Assembly (NCBI RefSeq): GCF_004010195.1
Contig: NC_057718.1
Location: 34,559,239-34,623,238 of the forward strand
Reading direction: 5' to 3'
Length of the DNA: 64,000 bases
Source of the DNA: Chiloscyllium plagiosum
Taxonomy: Eukaryota
Every line of letters starts with the position of its first letter. The first letter of the stretch is position 1. The notes below the pieces were generated by a model. The model ran no database searches, was not told the origin of the DNA, and saw only the letters and a program-made list of their open reading frames with translations. Below, in pieces: positions 39,345 to 52,894 of the stretch. The position numbers and the translations under genes were made by a program.

Positions 39345-39635
39345 CAGCACACAACAAATTCCCCACAAACAACAATGTCCTGGTTAATTTGTTATTCATG
39401 GTATTAGATTGAAGGATAAATATTGGCCAGGACACCACTGCAGGATAACTGTCCCACTCCTTTTCAAAATAGTGTCATGGGATTCTTTTAGATCTACCCA
39501 AACAGGCAGATGGAACCTAAGTTTAACATCCTCATGTGAAAGATGACATATCCAACAATGCAGTGCTGTTTCACTACTTACATCACATGACATGCTTAGT
39601 AATGACTGGACATAAATGAGGCCAACTTTGCACTG
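39345..39635 (-). mobile_element. DeuSINE (SacSINE1-like) relic
   Basis: AAATAGTGTCATGGGATTCTTT...GGCAGATGGAACCTAAGTTTAACATCCTCATGTGAAAGATGACATATCCAACAATGCAGTGCT (Deu domain). Confidence 0.7.
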
Positions 39636-39637
39636 AA

Positions 39638-39841
39638 AACAAAAAATAATGCTCAAAATCACAATGTGTCAGGCCACATCCATGGAAGGAGAGCAAGCTC
39701 ACTTTTCAAGCTGAGATGACTCTTCATCAGAGTTCACTTCAAAATGTTAGCTTGCTCTCTTTCCATGGATGTTGCCTGGCCTGCTGTGATTTCCAGAAAG
39801 TTTTTTCATCACAGATTCCAGCACCAGCAGAAATTTGCTCT
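39638..39841. mobile_element. Old Penelope-derived fold-back element
   Basis: Inverted arms CATCCATGGAAGGAGAGCAAGCT / AGCTTGCTCTCTTTCCATGGATG, with minus-strand CTGATGAAGAGTC...TTGAAA near the centre. Confidence 0.75.
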
Positions 39842-40660
39842 AACTTTGTCGTGCCCTTTCAAAATGAGCAAGAACTGACCACTATAACCAAATAACATGC
39901 TTTCGACAAGACACTTGTCCGCCAGTTGTCCAAAACAGTCTTATTCTTGGCTATGTGATAATCAAAAAGTTTCTTTTCAAATCTCTTACAGTGTCTAAAC
40001 CCACTCCAGGTTCCAGGATATCGCTATATGGCAAGTGCGAGCACAAGTGTGTGGGGAGCAGGAAAGGACGTGCTTATACATTATTGCTTCACTGTACATG
40101 CAGTGTGCTTGTGCATTTCTGAACTGACTATACATGAATATAGACATCAGTGAGAGAGACTGAGTCAAATGGGGTGCAGGCTATGATAGTCTTGTTCATT
40201 TTTGCTTTCATTAAAAATGAATTCAATGTTCATAATGTGGGGTAATGTACCAACTCACACAGAGGCAAAGAAGAGAGAAAAGATGCAGTAAGTTGAGAAA
40301 TAATGCAATACTAAACTCTGATTCTTCATTTTAGCAAGGAAAGAAATGAGTAGGGTGGTAATTCATTCTAGTATAATAATGCTTTTGCACTACAATTTCA
40401 TAGAATAACGTATCCTTGGCTAATGTCAGTATCACTTAAACCTGATAACAATAGCATAACAGTAAAGATGATACAGGCAAAGGAAAAAAGCATTTAGCTC
40501 TGGGTCAGTTTTCAGCTGATGAGCAACAGTGTCTCTGTAGGTTGTTACCTCAAACATGGGCTGGGTAATTATCCTGCTGCTTAGCCAGTTTGCAGTTGAA
40601 AATCACCGAGATCAGCTCCAGCTCTATGATGTGAGTGAGCTGAGGAAATTTAAATGCACA

Positions 40661-40830
40661 AAATAAAAACCAAAAGGACTGCAGATGCTGTAAATCAGAA
40701 ACAAAAACAGAAGTTGCTGGAAAAGTTCAGCAGGGCTGACATTATCTGTGAAGAGAACAGTAATTGTGATTTCTCTTCACAGATACTGCCAGACCTGCTG
40801 AACTTTTCCAGCAACTTCTGTTTTTGTTTC
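40661..40830. mobile_element. Penelope-derived fold-back element without hammerhead core
   Basis: Arms from 40698 to 40830 and a 37 nt tail. Decayed TSD AAATTTAAATGCAC (40646) / AAATATAAGTGCAC (40831). Confidence 0.85.
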
Positions 40831-42582
40831 AAATATAAGTGCACATTTACCTGGTTTCTGTTAGTTGCTAGGTTTCAAATTGCCATCCAAAGCTCCATAG
40901 AACAAATATGCTTGATTTGATTGCGTTGGACCTGTGTCTCAGGAAGAACTTCAATATTCCTACAACACAATTGTAGGTCATTGAAAAACTGAGCATGGTA
41001 TCAGATGGGGGGATCGAGCAATGTGGGCTTAAATGGTAAATGTGGCAGAGTCACATGAGAAGTACAGCAACGACTAGCCTGATGTTGGGAGCAACTTGCT
41101 GCATATCCTTAGCAAATTCCAGTGTCGAGGTGAGATTCTCCCAAGTTTCAGTGAGTTGCCTATTGAGGGCGATCATTATTTATTAACCGAACATCTCACT
41201 TCATGGATTCCCATCCTATTGCATTTTGGCAGGAAGCAAGATGTTGAGAATGGTCAGCAAAATAGGTACCTGGTAACTTCAGCTACCTGCTGGCTGAGAG
41301 GTGGCTCCATAGTGCTCAGTATGAAACAGCCCCTCATCCATGGACATCTGACATTTGGTAATGCCTTAGGATTATCATAGCACCTCTCCAATCCACTTAC
41401 AGGACTCTCGGAAGCACAGATCTGCCCTGCAGAGTCTACCACAGCTAACATTGAATTGCTGCTGCAAGGCCTTCATGCAGGGACAGGCACCCAGCTCAGG
41501 AATTATGCCAGGCTCCATGCCAGCTAAGACAGGCTCACTTGCTGTCTTAGCACTCGCTCACTTAGCATCTATGTTCCTGCTTGCAGCGTACATACCTTGT
41601 CTTGCCTTGACAAACCACACCATGCCAGCTAGAGTGCTGGCGAATGAACCTGAGTCTACAGGCTCCATGTGCTTCCCAAGGGTTGGCATGCTCCTATGTG
41701 AGGTAGGCTGCTTATCATAGTTGTCAGTAGAGATTTGTCTAATGATGGGGTGAGTTTTGGGGGATGGAGCAGCGGGATAGGGGTGGTGAGGAGGAGGAGT
41801 GTATCTTAGTGAATGGCACTCCAAGACATCAATGTGACACCCACAGCATGTACCAGCTGCCTGTGCGGAAAACAAACTGCACGCTCATTTGACCAAATGG
41901 CCATGTTGGAAAGTGGGTGGACATTAGTCCTCAATCCAAGTGTGTGGAGATTTTGGTCAGAGGGTGGCCCTGTCGCAAACAAGGGATCAATTCAGCTAAC
42001 ATCCAGAGAGCAGGAAACTGTCAGTCATTATAAGGCCATTGCAAACAGTCAGGGAGCTGCAAACACAGCGATCATGGGTCTGATTAGTCATGTCTAGGGA
42101 CTGCTTGTCAGTCCGAGGTCTGGGATAAAAACAGCCCTGCTGGTCATAGAACCATAGAAATCTACTGCACAGAAAAAGATCCAACTGGTGGAGGGTGAAC
42201 AGGTAGAAATGGGATGTTGGAGTCGGGTATGAGATAAAAGAGGATAAGGAAGCTCTGAGCTGGTAAGTCATACCTGGTGATCAGGCTGAGCTTGGTGCTA
42301 AAGATGTTCACCATGACCTGCATTCCATACCATCACTTGCTGCTTGTACTAACTGTGATGGGAGAGTGCTCAGAGTGGGCAGATATAAAGGAACTGGGAG
42401 AATGGGAGCACTCTTCCAAGGGGAAAGATGAGGACATTGGGAAGAGGACGCTCTCCTTGTGTATGACAGAGCTCAGAACAATAGGCACAAAAAGCCAAAC
42501 AGGATCTGATTGACACACACTTGCAGTAGGTGTGAGCTGGGTGCAGCAGACCATCATGGAATGTAAGCTAGTCATTGGTCAT

Positions 42583-43259
42583 CGGGTTGGTGACGATTCG
42601 CCACGGCAAATTCGCCGCTGATGATTAGCCACTGCCGGTTCACCACCAGCATTTCTCCACTGGGGTCGTTTGACCTCTGGAGACTATTCGCCACTGGAAA
42701 TATATATAAATGTAGTGATTGTTTTCCCTCCCGCCTGTTCTTTCATATTTCTCAGTCCCCTTTATTTATACAACTACATACTACATATTGATACAAAACA
42801 GAGGTAAAATAAATATCATCAAGTCTTTTTGCTAAAATACAATATACAATATGTGGATCTGTCCATTACATCGGCCCCTTTGTTCACATTGCCAAAACTT
42901 AATACTTGAATCACTCTTAGATAGTTTATCTAAACTACATATAAAACCATCATGGTAAAACTTCTTATTTCCACGTTTACTAATAATTTCTGTTTCCATT
43001 CTAAAAATTCCTGTTCCAAAAATACAAGCTTAAAAAAACTCTCCTGGAACGAAAATAAGTTGTTACTGAAACAACGCAAACACTACCTAATTCAATATAA
43101 CGACAATTTTATATACCACCAATATTCAAAATATACGACTTACTTGCAGTGGCGAATTGTCTTCAGTGGCCAATGGTCGGTGGCTAAGCATCCTCGGTGG
43201 TCAAAGGGCAGTGGCTAATCGCCGGCGGCGTATCTGCTGTGGTGAATGGTCCCTTCCCG
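42583..43259. mobile_element. Non-autonomous DNA transposon (MULE/Mutator-like) with long imperfect TIRs
   Basis: TIRs of about 120 bp built from ATTCGCCAC-like subrepeats around an AT-rich core. TSD TTGGTCAT(C), 8-9 bp, at 42575 and 43260. Superfamily is inferred. Confidence 0.8.
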
Positions 43260-45904
43260 TTGGTCATCAGACTAGCATTTGAACTGCAAACTAGCATTTG
43301 TTTTGTTTGTGTTCCCCTTGTTTGCTGGAGATAACAGCTCACCTTTGGAGCTGTATTATTGTTTGCTCTTATGTGATAATCCTCTGCAGGGCAATGGCAA
43401 GATGCATGTCTACACTGGGCATTGGGGACAAAGTAGTGGCGACTTGCTGAGGATGTTTCGGAGGATGTAACCATGGATGGTGAACTGTCTGGCCTAATAG
43501 TTAAACCAGTGACTTATGGAAAGAATAGATTTGTGTGTGTGAAGACTGTCAGCCATGCCAGCTCAGTGCCAATAGCGGCATGAATTTGTGAATGCTGTGT
43601 CATTACTTTACCAGTGAGGGATAGCGCTAGATTGCCAATTGTCTGGGCCTTTTAAAGATGGCATAAGTGCCAAGGATGCCAGTCTTTTGGCGATATCCGG
43701 TGTGTTGTGAGTTCTTCCAGGAATGGTATGCGGTAGATGGGGCTGGCATCAGGTAAGAGGAGTGCCACAGAGGTAGGGTAGAGTAGTTCATGAGGCGATT
43801 TTGGTATGGTACAAGAAGAGGTCTCACTAAACTTCATGTGAGAACCCTCCAAATGAACTGACAAAGCACACGTTTAGCCAAAAGTTGAATTCAGCCTTGA
43901 GTCTCTAATTCTCCCACTAAGATAAAAGGTCTCGTAGGATCGTTTAAATGCCAAGAGCTGATTAGCAGATGTCAGTATCTTGATCGCATCTGACAAAAGT
44001 AAACCCCGGAATAAAAGCAGCTTGACGCTGTTAAGCTTTCGATTGCCAGATAATTGAGCATTCCTTCCAGAACCAATGTCACATCTTTCTTCCTCTGTTT
44101 GATAGGAATGTATTCCATTTGCATGATAGCTCTAAAATCAATCAATTCTTCTGGCAGACCAAACTTGCCTGACTTGTTTTTAGAGCTTAATCAAAATTTT
44201 AGCCCCAACCCCATCACAACTTACTTGTAACAGTTAAAGGAGCTGGTGCCTTTGGTCATGTCCCACATAAAGGGTTGGGTGGAGATATGTAAGGAAACAA
44301 AAGAATGTTGTTTATTATTCTCAACCCAACTGTTCAATATGGATGAAAGACAGAGCACAGGAATATCCAAAGGAACCTGTGGAGATGGTGAAAGATACAG
44401 CTAAACATTGGAATTACCGGAAAATGTATTCCAAAAATCTGTTTGGGAAGCATAAAGAACCAAATGAATAAGCATGATCAATAAAAATAGAGAAACAAAT
44501 CAAAATCTGTGAGGGAATAGGATTGGTATTTGGTGTGGACTTTTTATCTGACCTAGAAACAAGAAGCATGTTGCTCTATGGCTTCCAAACATTTTTTCTG
44601 TTCAGCACAGAAAGTATTCACAGATATTTCATGGTGAAAAATTCTGGGCCCTAATTGAACTGCTGTCTTAAACTGCTATGACTGTATGATTGTGAAAATT
44701 TCTGCATAAATTTTGAAACAAAGGCAAAGAAGATTTGCTATTAAACTGGAATTGGCAGCACTTGAAGTACAAATGTGTGCATCTACTATCGAATCAACAT
44801 CTAATTTGTATGAGATATTAATGAAAAAAGCTCTGAAATCTCAGAATTTTAATCAAACTTTCCCACATTAAGACAAGTGATGTTGAAAGGAATGAAAATC
44901 TTGGGGTTTGTGTTGTTCAGTAGTAGACATGTGGATCATATTCAAAAGCCAAATATTACTGACTGGCAATCGGAAATAAAAAAAAGGGAATGGGAAACAT
45001 TCAGCTGATCCACCATATAAATGGAATGGGAAAGCAGAAAACATTTTGTCAGAACTGAAATGTTATCAACCTGAAACCTTTGTTTTGCTTCTCTGCTGAT
45101 TGCATTCAATGATTTGCTGTCCCTGCAGCCTGTAATGATACTGGATGACTTAGCTGAATATATCGGTTGAAGAAAATGTAAATTATATTTTTTATGTGGT
45201 TGAAAGTGCAACTGAGGTTCATCGCATATGATGCAAGCAATGTCAATGTGGGATTTTGACAACTGTAATGTTCTACTTCTATTACCTCCAGCCTCAATTC
45301 TAGTAAAACAGAACATTGTCAGTGGCTTAGGCTGTTACAAAAGATGAAACCCTTATTTTATTACAATAGTTTTTCTTTTGGGTTCGGGGTATCTGTTAAA
45401 AGGCATTATCATGGAAAAACAGCCATTGTTCAGAGATGAGGAAAGCACTTGGAATGGAATACATGACCCTTAAGAAAAGAATTTCTCATAAATTGGTTCC
45501 TTTCACAATGAAAATGGCAACCTGTTAATGTCAAATATATAATTTGGAACAGAGCAAACTTCCCTCAAACTTGCTATTGCAAACAACTGAGTGGTGTGAA
45601 CTTTTCACCAGCAGTCATATACGCAGCCTGAGGTGGGGTTTTACATTGACAATGTGCTTACGTTGTGCCACCTGCAGAAGAAGGTGGTCATCCAGTTTTA
45701 TCCTGAACAATCAGGTTTTCGGGTGCAACACTCCTGTCTGGCATCTGTTTTGAGCCGGAATTTTATTCTCTGATGCTTTTAAAGCACTTCTTATCCCATC
45801 CTTCAGGGAAGCTTTTAAAATCAACTTATTGCTTGAGGTCTGCCATATTGCCTCCATAAACATCTTTGGGCCTATACAAGCAAGAAGTGGGTGTGGGGCA
45901 AAAC

Positions 45905-45982
45905 AGAGTTGACAAGCAGGATGCTGGAAGAACATATTAGGCCAAGCAGCATCAGGAGATGGAGACGTTGTTGTTTTGGGGA
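45905..45982 (-). mobile_element. Penelope terminal fragment
   Basis: GACAAGCAGGATGCTGGAAGAACA...GCAGCATCAGGAG is homologous to 50500-50570. Confidence 0.65.
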
Positions 45983-46374
45983 GCTTTAAATGCAGTCGGG
46001 AGTGTATAGGAGCGAACGCTCCATGTGAGTCTTATAGTGATCTGGCATAAAAACTAGTTAAAAGCATCACTAAATCCTCTTTTGACGTGCTTTAGCTCCT
46101 CCAAATTTCACTATAAACTGGCAATGTACAAACTTCCCAAGTTTAGCTCACCCTAAGAACTCTGCGCAGAGTTCGGCCGTAATAACTAATGGGACAATGG
46201 GTAAATATCTCAATATTGTGGATCAAGAAACATGCTGGAAATACTCAGCAGGTCAAGCAGCATCTTTAGAGAAGTTCACATTTAATGTGCTGAATTGTTC
46301 CACTTGTTGTGAAAGTGAGTGAATTTTATGGTGTCCAAACTACCATGTTTTGAGGCATGGTAGCAGAAAGCATA

Positions 46375-47248
46375 AGGGACTGTCAGAGAACACAGGAGGA
46401 TATAGATAGACTGGAGAGTTGGGCGGAAAAGTGGTAGATGTCTTTCAATCCAGACAAATGTGAGGTGATGCATTTAGGCAAAACTAATTCTAGAGCAAAT
46501 GATACAATGAATGGAAGAACCTTGGGAAAAGTTGATGGGCAGAGAGATCTGGGAGTGCAGGTCCATTGTACCCTGAAGGTTGCTGCACAGGTGGATAGAG
46601 TGGTCAAGAAGGCATATAGTATACTTGCCTTCATTGGATGGGGTATAAGAGCTGGCAAGTTATGTTAAAATTGTCCAAGACATTAGTTTGGCCACATTTA
46701 GAATACTGTGTACAGTTCTGGTCACCACATTATCAAAAGGATGTGGACACTTTTGAGAGGGTGCAGAGAAAGTTTACGAGGATGTTGCCTAGTATGGAAG
46801 GTGCTAGCTATAAAGAGAGGTTGAGTAGGTTAGGTTAATTTTCATTAGAAAAAAAGGAGATTGAGGGGGGACCTGATTGAGGTTTACAAAATTATGAAGG
46901 ATATAGACAGGGTGGATAGAGACAAGCTTTTTCCCAGGGTGACGGATTCAATAACGAGAGGTCACGCTTTCAAGTGAGAGGTGAAAAGTTTAAGGGGGAT
47001 ACACAAGTCAAGTACTTCACGCAGAGTATGGTGGGCGTTTGGAACGCGTTGCCAGCAGAGGTGGTAGAGGCAGGCATGGGTAGATTCATTTAAGATGCAT
47101 CTGGACAGATGCATGAGTAAGTGGGGACCAGAGGGATACGTTTGCTTAGGAATTGGGCGACGGGTTTAGACAATACATTTGGATCGGCTCAGGCTTGGAG
47201 GGCCGAAGGGCCTGTTCCTAGGCTGTAAATTTTCTTTGTTCTTTGTTC
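46375..47248 (+). mobile_element. CR1 LINE 3' part
   Basis: FNPDKCEVMHLG, PHLEYCVQFWSPHY and LRGDLIEVYKIM, with a TTCTTTGTTCTTTGTTC tail. Confidence 0.95.
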
Positions 47249-47429
47249 AAATTTTCTCACATGATCTTTTGCTTCTCAACACATGAATTATGCAAAAGAA
47301 CTGAAGGTTGTATTTCTTGTGAAGTTGTATGACAAAAGTGAGGCAAGCATATTCACCAGCTACACAAACATTCAGACGCTATAAGGCTAGAATGACCCCT
47401 CAGCGTTCACCGATGAAAATGTAGCAGAA

Positions 47430-47640
47430 GAAAGGCAAGCCAGTTCCCTACTTCCATGACAGCAGTCTGGATGCCTTGGTGGACAAGCTGCAGGGGAAAA
47501 AGGCAGTCTGATTGCCAAACCAGTCCATGCCAACAACCCTAACCCCAGCCAAATTGCAACCTGGGCCAGTGCTATATCAAAACGAAAGTCCAGCAGCAGT
47601 ACTAGAAGGTTAATGATCTTCACTGCTCTGTAGAGGCTAG
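47430..47640 (+). pseudogene. Harbinger-type Myb/SANT DNA-binding ORF relic
   Basis: PVPYFHDSSLDALVDKLQGKKAV*LP...QIATWASAIS...QQY*KVNDL across frameshifts. Confidence 0.55.
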
Positions 47641-48110
47641 TGCCATCAGCTTCTCTACCTCATACTCAAGAGCCAGCGGTCAGTCTATCTCTACCACTGC
47701 ACTCACATTTTACGAAGGCTGAGGGACTACAGCTCTCATTATTGAATGCATCATGTCCACTTAATGGTTCTCACCCACCTCACCTTGTCAGTGCAAAAGT
47801 GTGGTTGCTTGAAATGTGTGCCTGTCTTTCTCTGTGCAAACAAACCCAATAGAATCATGTAAGTTGTAGGTATCCATCAACACTAAAGTAATGTGTAAGG
47901 CTTGTCATGCTCTGTGCTGGTCTGAGAGCAGGTAAGATGGTGTGGTGAGACTGGTAGTTTGTAATGTGGAGGTGTGTGGATGAAAGGATCAGGAGGATGG
48001 TGATCAGGGACTATGCAGTGACATTGTGCTATAGAAACAGTAGTGTGATACCTAGGACAAGCACTTAGTGAGCTGGAGTCGTCAAATAGCCACAATGATT
48101 CACCCATCAA

Positions 48111-48201
48111 GATGGAGGGCTTATGTCCAAAACGTCGACTCTCGTGGTCCTCGGATGCTGCATGACCTGCTGTGCTTTTCCAGTGTGACACTTTTTGACT
48201 C
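48111..48201 (+). mobile_element. Penelope-derived short element
   Basis: GATGGAGGGCTTATGTCCAAAACGTCGACTCTC...; ends at the tail boundary. Confidence 0.85.
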
Positions 48202-48407
48202 AGGAATTTGTACTGTCGGAGAATTAAGGAGAATCTTAAATCAGATGTAAATAGCGTGAGTGAGATACAAAAATGCATGAACTTAGATCCCAGCTGATGA
48301 TACTACTGGAGAAGTCAGGCCCCAGAATAATATCTGGCTTGGTACAATATATGTTTGTTATTATTTTGGTCAGTGACATAATAGTTTGCCACTGGAACAT
48401 ACTCATG

Positions 48408-48690
48408 AGTAGAGTCATGGAGTCATTGAGATATATAGCACAGAAACAGATCCTTCAGTTCAACTCGTCCATGCTGACCAGATATCCTAACCTAACCTAA
48501 TCCCATTTGCCACCACTTGGCCCATATCCCTCTAAACGCTTCCTATTAATGTACCCATCCAGATGCCTTTTAAATGTTGTAATCGTACCAGCCTCCACCA
48601 CTTGCTCAAGCAGCTCATTCCATACACGCACCCTCTCTATGTGAAAAAGTTATCCGAGGTCTCTTTTAAAACTTTCCCGTCTCACCTTAA
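48408..48690 (-). mobile_element. CR1 LINE 3' end
   Basis: Reverse complement of the 19000-19277 subfamily end. Confidence 0.9.
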
Positions 48691-50494
48691 ACAAGGTTAT
48701 AGATTGCTTTCCACAACAACACCTAAGTTAAAAGAAAGAAAGCATTTGTTACAAAGATCTTAACATAATAATCAAAACAAAGTTTCAACTTGTTTCCAAA
48801 CACTATCCACTGAAGAGTTTCAAGTCCAGAGAAATTATACTCTTATTGATAGTCTTTACATTTTTACATAACTTATTCCTTCCATTTTCTTTTCTGTGAA
48901 TTATAAAGATAATTTTATGATTCTTTATTGAGTCTTGTCTAAGCCTCCTCAATTCTAATAACTTGAAGCCTTTTGTACATGCTCTCCCAGTTAGGAATCT
49001 CCAAAAATATACTGGAAATCACTTTTTCTGAAGTGACTGGTTCTATATTCTTGTTTCTTCTAACTGAACTGAGAAAGTTGATTCCTCTGGTCTGAAGTTA
49101 AAAAAGAAGCTAATGGCTAATATTTTTATTTGGTTCATTCTGCCTGACATAAATGGACCGGTATAAACATCTTATCCATTAACAATCCATGATTCCTTCC
49201 AAGCCCTTGAGTGCAGTCATATACTTTATTAGCAATGATATCATTCAGTTATGGTTTTAGAATGACATTCTGACTTGCACTGACTGATGAAAATCCCTCT
49301 GCATGTATTTTAAAGCTTCTAAAACTGAAAATGATATATTTTATATTCATTTAATCAGAATAGGAATAAGGTCATCTGCAGTCAAAAGTGATATTTAAAG
49401 CTTGAGGGGAAAATTGGGAGAACTTTCCTCTGCATCAAGAAGCTTTTTTTTTCAATCTTGCCCCATTTTGGCACCATATTTACCATTACTTGTGTCACAG
49501 CAGAGAAGACAAAATTCTGCCTTCTGTTTCAGATCAATGTCCTTTCAGTTCTTGGGGTACTCCAATTTGAATTAATCATGACTTCCATTTCCAATTGCTA
49601 GGGTTAGTGTTGGCTCTGCTGTCCCTTGCAGCCACATAACCTTCTGGCACTCACTGTCATGCGCATGAATAATTACTTGGCCAAAGCATTACAGCTAACC
49701 AAGATGGGTGCTACTGTACGTAGAAAGGAATTGATACTTTCAATGGAGGAGAGAACTGGGGGAAAAGTATATGCTAGAAGTGGATCTGGAGATTTCTGTA
49801 CCATTGGCAACAAATGTTTTGTGAGGTTTTGTGAGGGTCCAAAGCTTATCAGTAAAAATTAGAGGCACCAATCTAAATTCATGACTTTCAAGCTTTTGCA
49901 ATATGCAGTTGTTTGGTCTGTTGCTGTCAGTGTAATGTAAATGGAGAGGATTTAACAACATCAACCACTTTACAATATGAAAGCAGCTAGCAGCTGCAAA
50001 AAGGAATTGACTGGGCGGGGAGTTGCAGGAAAATACCTGTATTCTACTGTTCCTTGACAAGGAGTTGATGTACCACACTATGGGGCTGCACTAATCCCTA
50101 CATAAAATACTATGTTTGCCTGAGGTGAACGATTGGATCTTTTTGTTCATTGTGGGGTTGAGGGTAGCGATGATGTTTCAGTTAAGACCACTTGTTGTGC
50201 TCATTACGTAGCTACATAACACTTAGGTTGCTTTGAACTTTATCGGACGACTGCAAAGTGACAGAAAGCCCACAGTCATTTTTCTATCAGTTTATCCCAC
50301 CTTGTCTTGTTTTGGTCAGTGGAAAATGTTCCCTGAGGAATGTGAAATTGTTCATTTGTGCTCAAATTCCTGCTTCATTTTGCACCGTGATTAACTGGCA
50401 CTTTCCCCACTCTATTGGAGCAACTGAAATTATACCCAACTTCGGGTAGAAGGCAGGAGAATGGGGTTGAGAAAAAGATCAGCTATGATTGAAT

Positions 50495-50711
50495 GATGAT
50501 AGACAAGCAGGAGGCTGGAAGAACACAGCAAGCCAGGTAGCATCAGGAGGTGGAAAAGGCAATGTTTTGGGTGTAACCCTTCTTCAGGGCTGGGGAGAAG
50601 ATTTACACCTGAACCACTGACTTCTCCACCTCCTGATGCTGCCTGGCTTGCTGTGTTCTCCTGCTTGTCTACCTTGGCATTCAGCATCTGCAGACTTTTT
50701 TGTCTCTAACC
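50495..50711. mobile_element. Penelope-derived fold-back element inserted in a CR1 3' UTR
   Basis: Inverted arms TAGACAAGCAGGAG.../...CTCCTGCTTGTCTA, minus-strand CTGAAGA-A-GGGT-TAC-ACCC, and a tail of about 40 nt. TSD ATGATTGAAT at 50485-50494 and 50712-50721. Confidence 0.88.
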
Positions 50712-51105
50712 ATGATTGAATCACAGAGCAGACTCAGTGGGCTGAATGGCCTAATTCTAATCCTTTGTTTTATGGTCTCAAACTGGTGGTCCATTACGTA
50801 TGGAAGAATGGTCTCTGTAAAACAAATGTTGCTGATCAATGTCTTGAGGTGAACAAATTATTCTCTAATAAGTATCTTCAGTACTAATGCACTCAAAGAT
50901 GAATTGTCATTATGAGGGCTGAAACAGCATTTCTGTAAAAAAAAATGTATAAATTTATGTTTATTCAGACAAGAGAAAGCTTTTCACCAAGATTTGAAAA
51001 TGACAGGAAGTGGGCAGAGAAAAAAGTGATGTTATAAAATACAGTTCCTTCAGTATCTTATTCCAGCAACTACTGATAATATAAATTAAGTTCAGTACGT
51101 CACGC

Positions 51106-51260
51106 AGTCAATAGATGTGAAGCTGGAAAAGAACAGCATCCAAGGAGCAGGAAAGTCAACGTTTCAACCCAAAACATTGTCGTTCTTACTCTTTTGATGT
51201 TGTCTGACCTGCTGTGCTTTTCTAGCTTCACATCTATTGACTCTGGCTTCCAGCATCTGT
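51106..51260. mobile_element. Penelope-derived fold-back element
   Basis: AGTCAATAGATGTGAAGCTGGAAAAG / CTTTTCTAGCTTCACATCTATTGACT, with the centre at hammerhead stem II. Confidence 0.85.
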
Positions 51261-52015
51261 TTCCAAGTCAGTGTGTTACACACATTGATTGAAAAAACCG
51301 CTCAATTTCCTAGATTATCTCTTGATATAGTAGTATATCAAGCCCTACAAAAGATTATTTCCCATTGAGTTTCATCATTGAGTCTGCTCATGTACTTAAG
51401 TTTGGAGAAAGCAGTGGAAAGAGGCAGAACTACAAGAGATAATGTGGGAAGGTAGGAGGATAAATATAGCCCATTGAATATGGCTTGTGTCACTTAGCTT
51501 TATGAGGGGTTCAGAGGCAGTGCTAGAGCCAGACAATGGGAGATACACAGAGTAGGAGGAAGCTGTAAAAAAAATCAAGGGGTCTCACAATTAAGTCATG
51601 GTTGGTGAGTACTGCTGTGAGGAATTATGTGTAAGATGCTGAAATTATGAAAAACGTTTATTGTAGACAACTTGTAAACAGTAACCTATGGTTATTTAAG
51701 GAAATCCAGCAGAAGGGAAGCAATGAACTAATAATTTCATTGTGAATCTTATAGAGCAGATTTTTCCCATTTTAATTCAGATATTTTGATGAGTGGGTGA
51801 AATTCATGGTATCAGGTCTGCCAAGTCCCGGAGGGTTTTAACACACGCAAGCTCTTTGTAACTTTGCATCTGGGCTCTTGGTCGCCTGTCTTGGAAAATC
51901 ACGCAGCGGAAAAGGTGGAGGGGCTTCTCACTGCCAGCACTTTCACACATCTTATTTAAAGCTCAGTTGCACACCACTTCCCACACTGTGGTACTTAAGC
52001 CTCAACATCAAGGAC

Positions 52016-52256
52016 ATGGCCCAGAGGAAGCGAAAGCTGCCTGCTTCCCAGACATGGACCTGGAACTCCTTTTGTATAGGACAATGGAGAGGAGGCTAGT
52101 CCTTTCTCTTGTGGACTGCCAAAGGAGATGATGCCATCAGGTCAAGCCATTCTAAGCCAAAATTCTAGCCCATGTCAGTGCTGTTCCTTGATTGAAGCAG
52201 GAAGTTTAGCAGTTCAGAAAGAAGACCATTGACCTTCTGCCTCTGCATGGGTAAGT
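52016..52256 (+). pseudogene. Harbinger-type Myb/SANT DNA-binding ORF relic
   Basis: AACFPDMDLELLLYRTMERRLVL...AKILAHVSAVP*LKQEV*QFRKKTIDLL, followed by a GTAAGT donor at 52251. Confidence 0.6.
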
Positions 52257-52894
52257 GTGAAGGCATTGTGTGCTTACAAAAGCAATGTGACCCACACAGA
52301 GGCTTGCAACCCATAAATCTGTCTTGATGTCAGTGAATGTGTTAAGAAAGCAATGTGCAGTAGCCTGAGACTGGCAGCCTCCAGGTTAGCGCAAAGTGAG
52401 TGAATGATAAGCAGCAAGCTTAGAACCATAAACTGTGTAGATGCTTGACATTCTTATATCGCCGCATGCAAAGTGACCTGGCAAAAGCACGCATGTCCTA
52501 GATCCCCTGTACTCTTAAGTGATGTGTAGAAATGCTGAAAGCCGTGGTGATCTGGTGAGGCTGGTGGTTTGCTAATGTCGATTAGCCTGGATGAAGGCCA
52601 AAGAACATGGTGGTCATGGAGCATGCAGGCATTTTGTTGTGAAGAAGCAAATGGACGATGTCTGAGACACGTATTCAGAGAGCTGCAGCCATCATGAACC
52701 TGTTCTCAATTCCATGTCAGGAATTTATGATGAATACTTGGAGGAATAAAGGAGAATTGGAAGTGGCTCTTAAATAAAGTGAGTTGGAGATTTAATAAGA
52801 TGAAAATGTATAGTAATATGTTACCTCCTAACCAATGGTGAGATGCTGAAGTTTCCTGTTAAGACTTGAGGGGAAAATTGAAATTGTTTTCTTC

